This document shows positions 63,633 through 64,000 of a stretch of DNA of 64,000 nucleotides, one piece after another (positions within the stretch are counted from its first letter, which is position 1; the number at the start of each line of letters is the position of its first letter). Location: contig CAVQZC010000006.1 in assembly GCA_963718315.1 (NCBI GenBank), positions 54,059 to 118,058 of the forward strand, written 5' to 3'. The position numbers were made by a program, and so were the translations under genes. The DNA is from an uncultured Actinomycetes bacterium (lineage in GTDB: Bacteria > Actinomycetota > Thermoleophilia > Gaiellales > JAICJC01). The notes beneath the pieces were generated by a model. It saw nothing but the letters and a program-made list of their open reading frames with translations, made no database searches and was not told the DNA's origin.

Positions 63633-63801
63633 CGCTCTGCACGCGTCCCGACCGGGCGGCAACGAGGCCACGCGCAGCGCAGACCGGACGGTGGCCAGTT
63701 GTCTGTCGCGACGTGGCCAGTTGGCCACCGACCGGCGGCCGACCGGGCCGCCGGAGTACGATGTCGCACGGCCTGGTCGGCCGTCTTGCGGTGGAGGAGC
63801 G
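63633..63801 (+). repeat. Fold-back intergenic element E
   Basis: cgctc/gagcg closes directly between the TGA and GTG; ccgaccggg/cctggtcgg, cggtggcca/tggccaccg and ccggcggcc/ggccgccgg arms. Confidence 0.6.
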
Positions 63802-64000
63802 GTGATCGAACAAGCCAGGCACCGCCTGACGCGGCACCTGCGCCGGCGGAGCGCGGCGCTCCGGGTGGCGGCGGTGCCGGTCGTGCAGATGGGGATCGCG
63901 GGCTCACTGTCGTGGTGGATCGCGCATGACCTGTTCGGGCACACGTCGACGTACTTCGCCCCGGTGGCCTCGACGATCGTCCTCTCGGTGCGGCCCGGCC
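63802..64000 (+). CDS. FUSC/aromatic-acid-exporter family membrane protein (partial)
   Basis: Hand translation ...VVQMGIAGSLSWWIAHDLFGHTSTYFAPVASTIVL; SD ggaggag. Confidence 0.7.
   Translation, partial: MIEQARHRLTRHLRRRSAALRVAAVPVVQMGIAGSLSWWIAHDLFGHTSTYFAPVASTIVLSVRPG

Overview
High-GC actinobacterial DNA, probably Thermoleophilia/Gaiellales-like. This is inferred from the RpoB/RpoC and ribosomal protein sequences, not from a search. About 16-59 kb is the core transcription/translation superoperon (rpmG-secE-nusG-rplKAJL, rpoBC, str, S10, spc, alpha), interrupted by two accessory blocks. One is an NlpC/P60 + serine hydrolase + Opp/Dpp ABC operon between rplL and rpoB. The other is a GNAT + membrane protein + GH9 glycoside hydrolase block between rpoC and rpsL. 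The left 16 kb holds a TasA/SipW-type small secreted protein with a Cys-containing Ig-like repeat protein, a CoA-ligase/citryl-CoA-lyase/VOC/GST/amidinotransferase operon and an OmpR-family two-component system with readable 11-bp-period binding boxes. The most unusual signal is five 150-230-nt intergenic fold-back elements that each begin at or inside a stop codon. Two are clearly homologous, and two join a stop codon to the next ATG with identical geometry, one of them inside the S10 operon. Also unusual are a tandemly duplicated domain in the RpoC lineage-specific insertion, a CTG-initiated secY, absence of infA at its usual position and many leaderless promoters. Several single-base frameshifts, including one in essential rplB, suggest uncorrected sequencing indels, so single-base conclusions need read-level checks. 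All calls were made by eye; no searches or folding programs were run.
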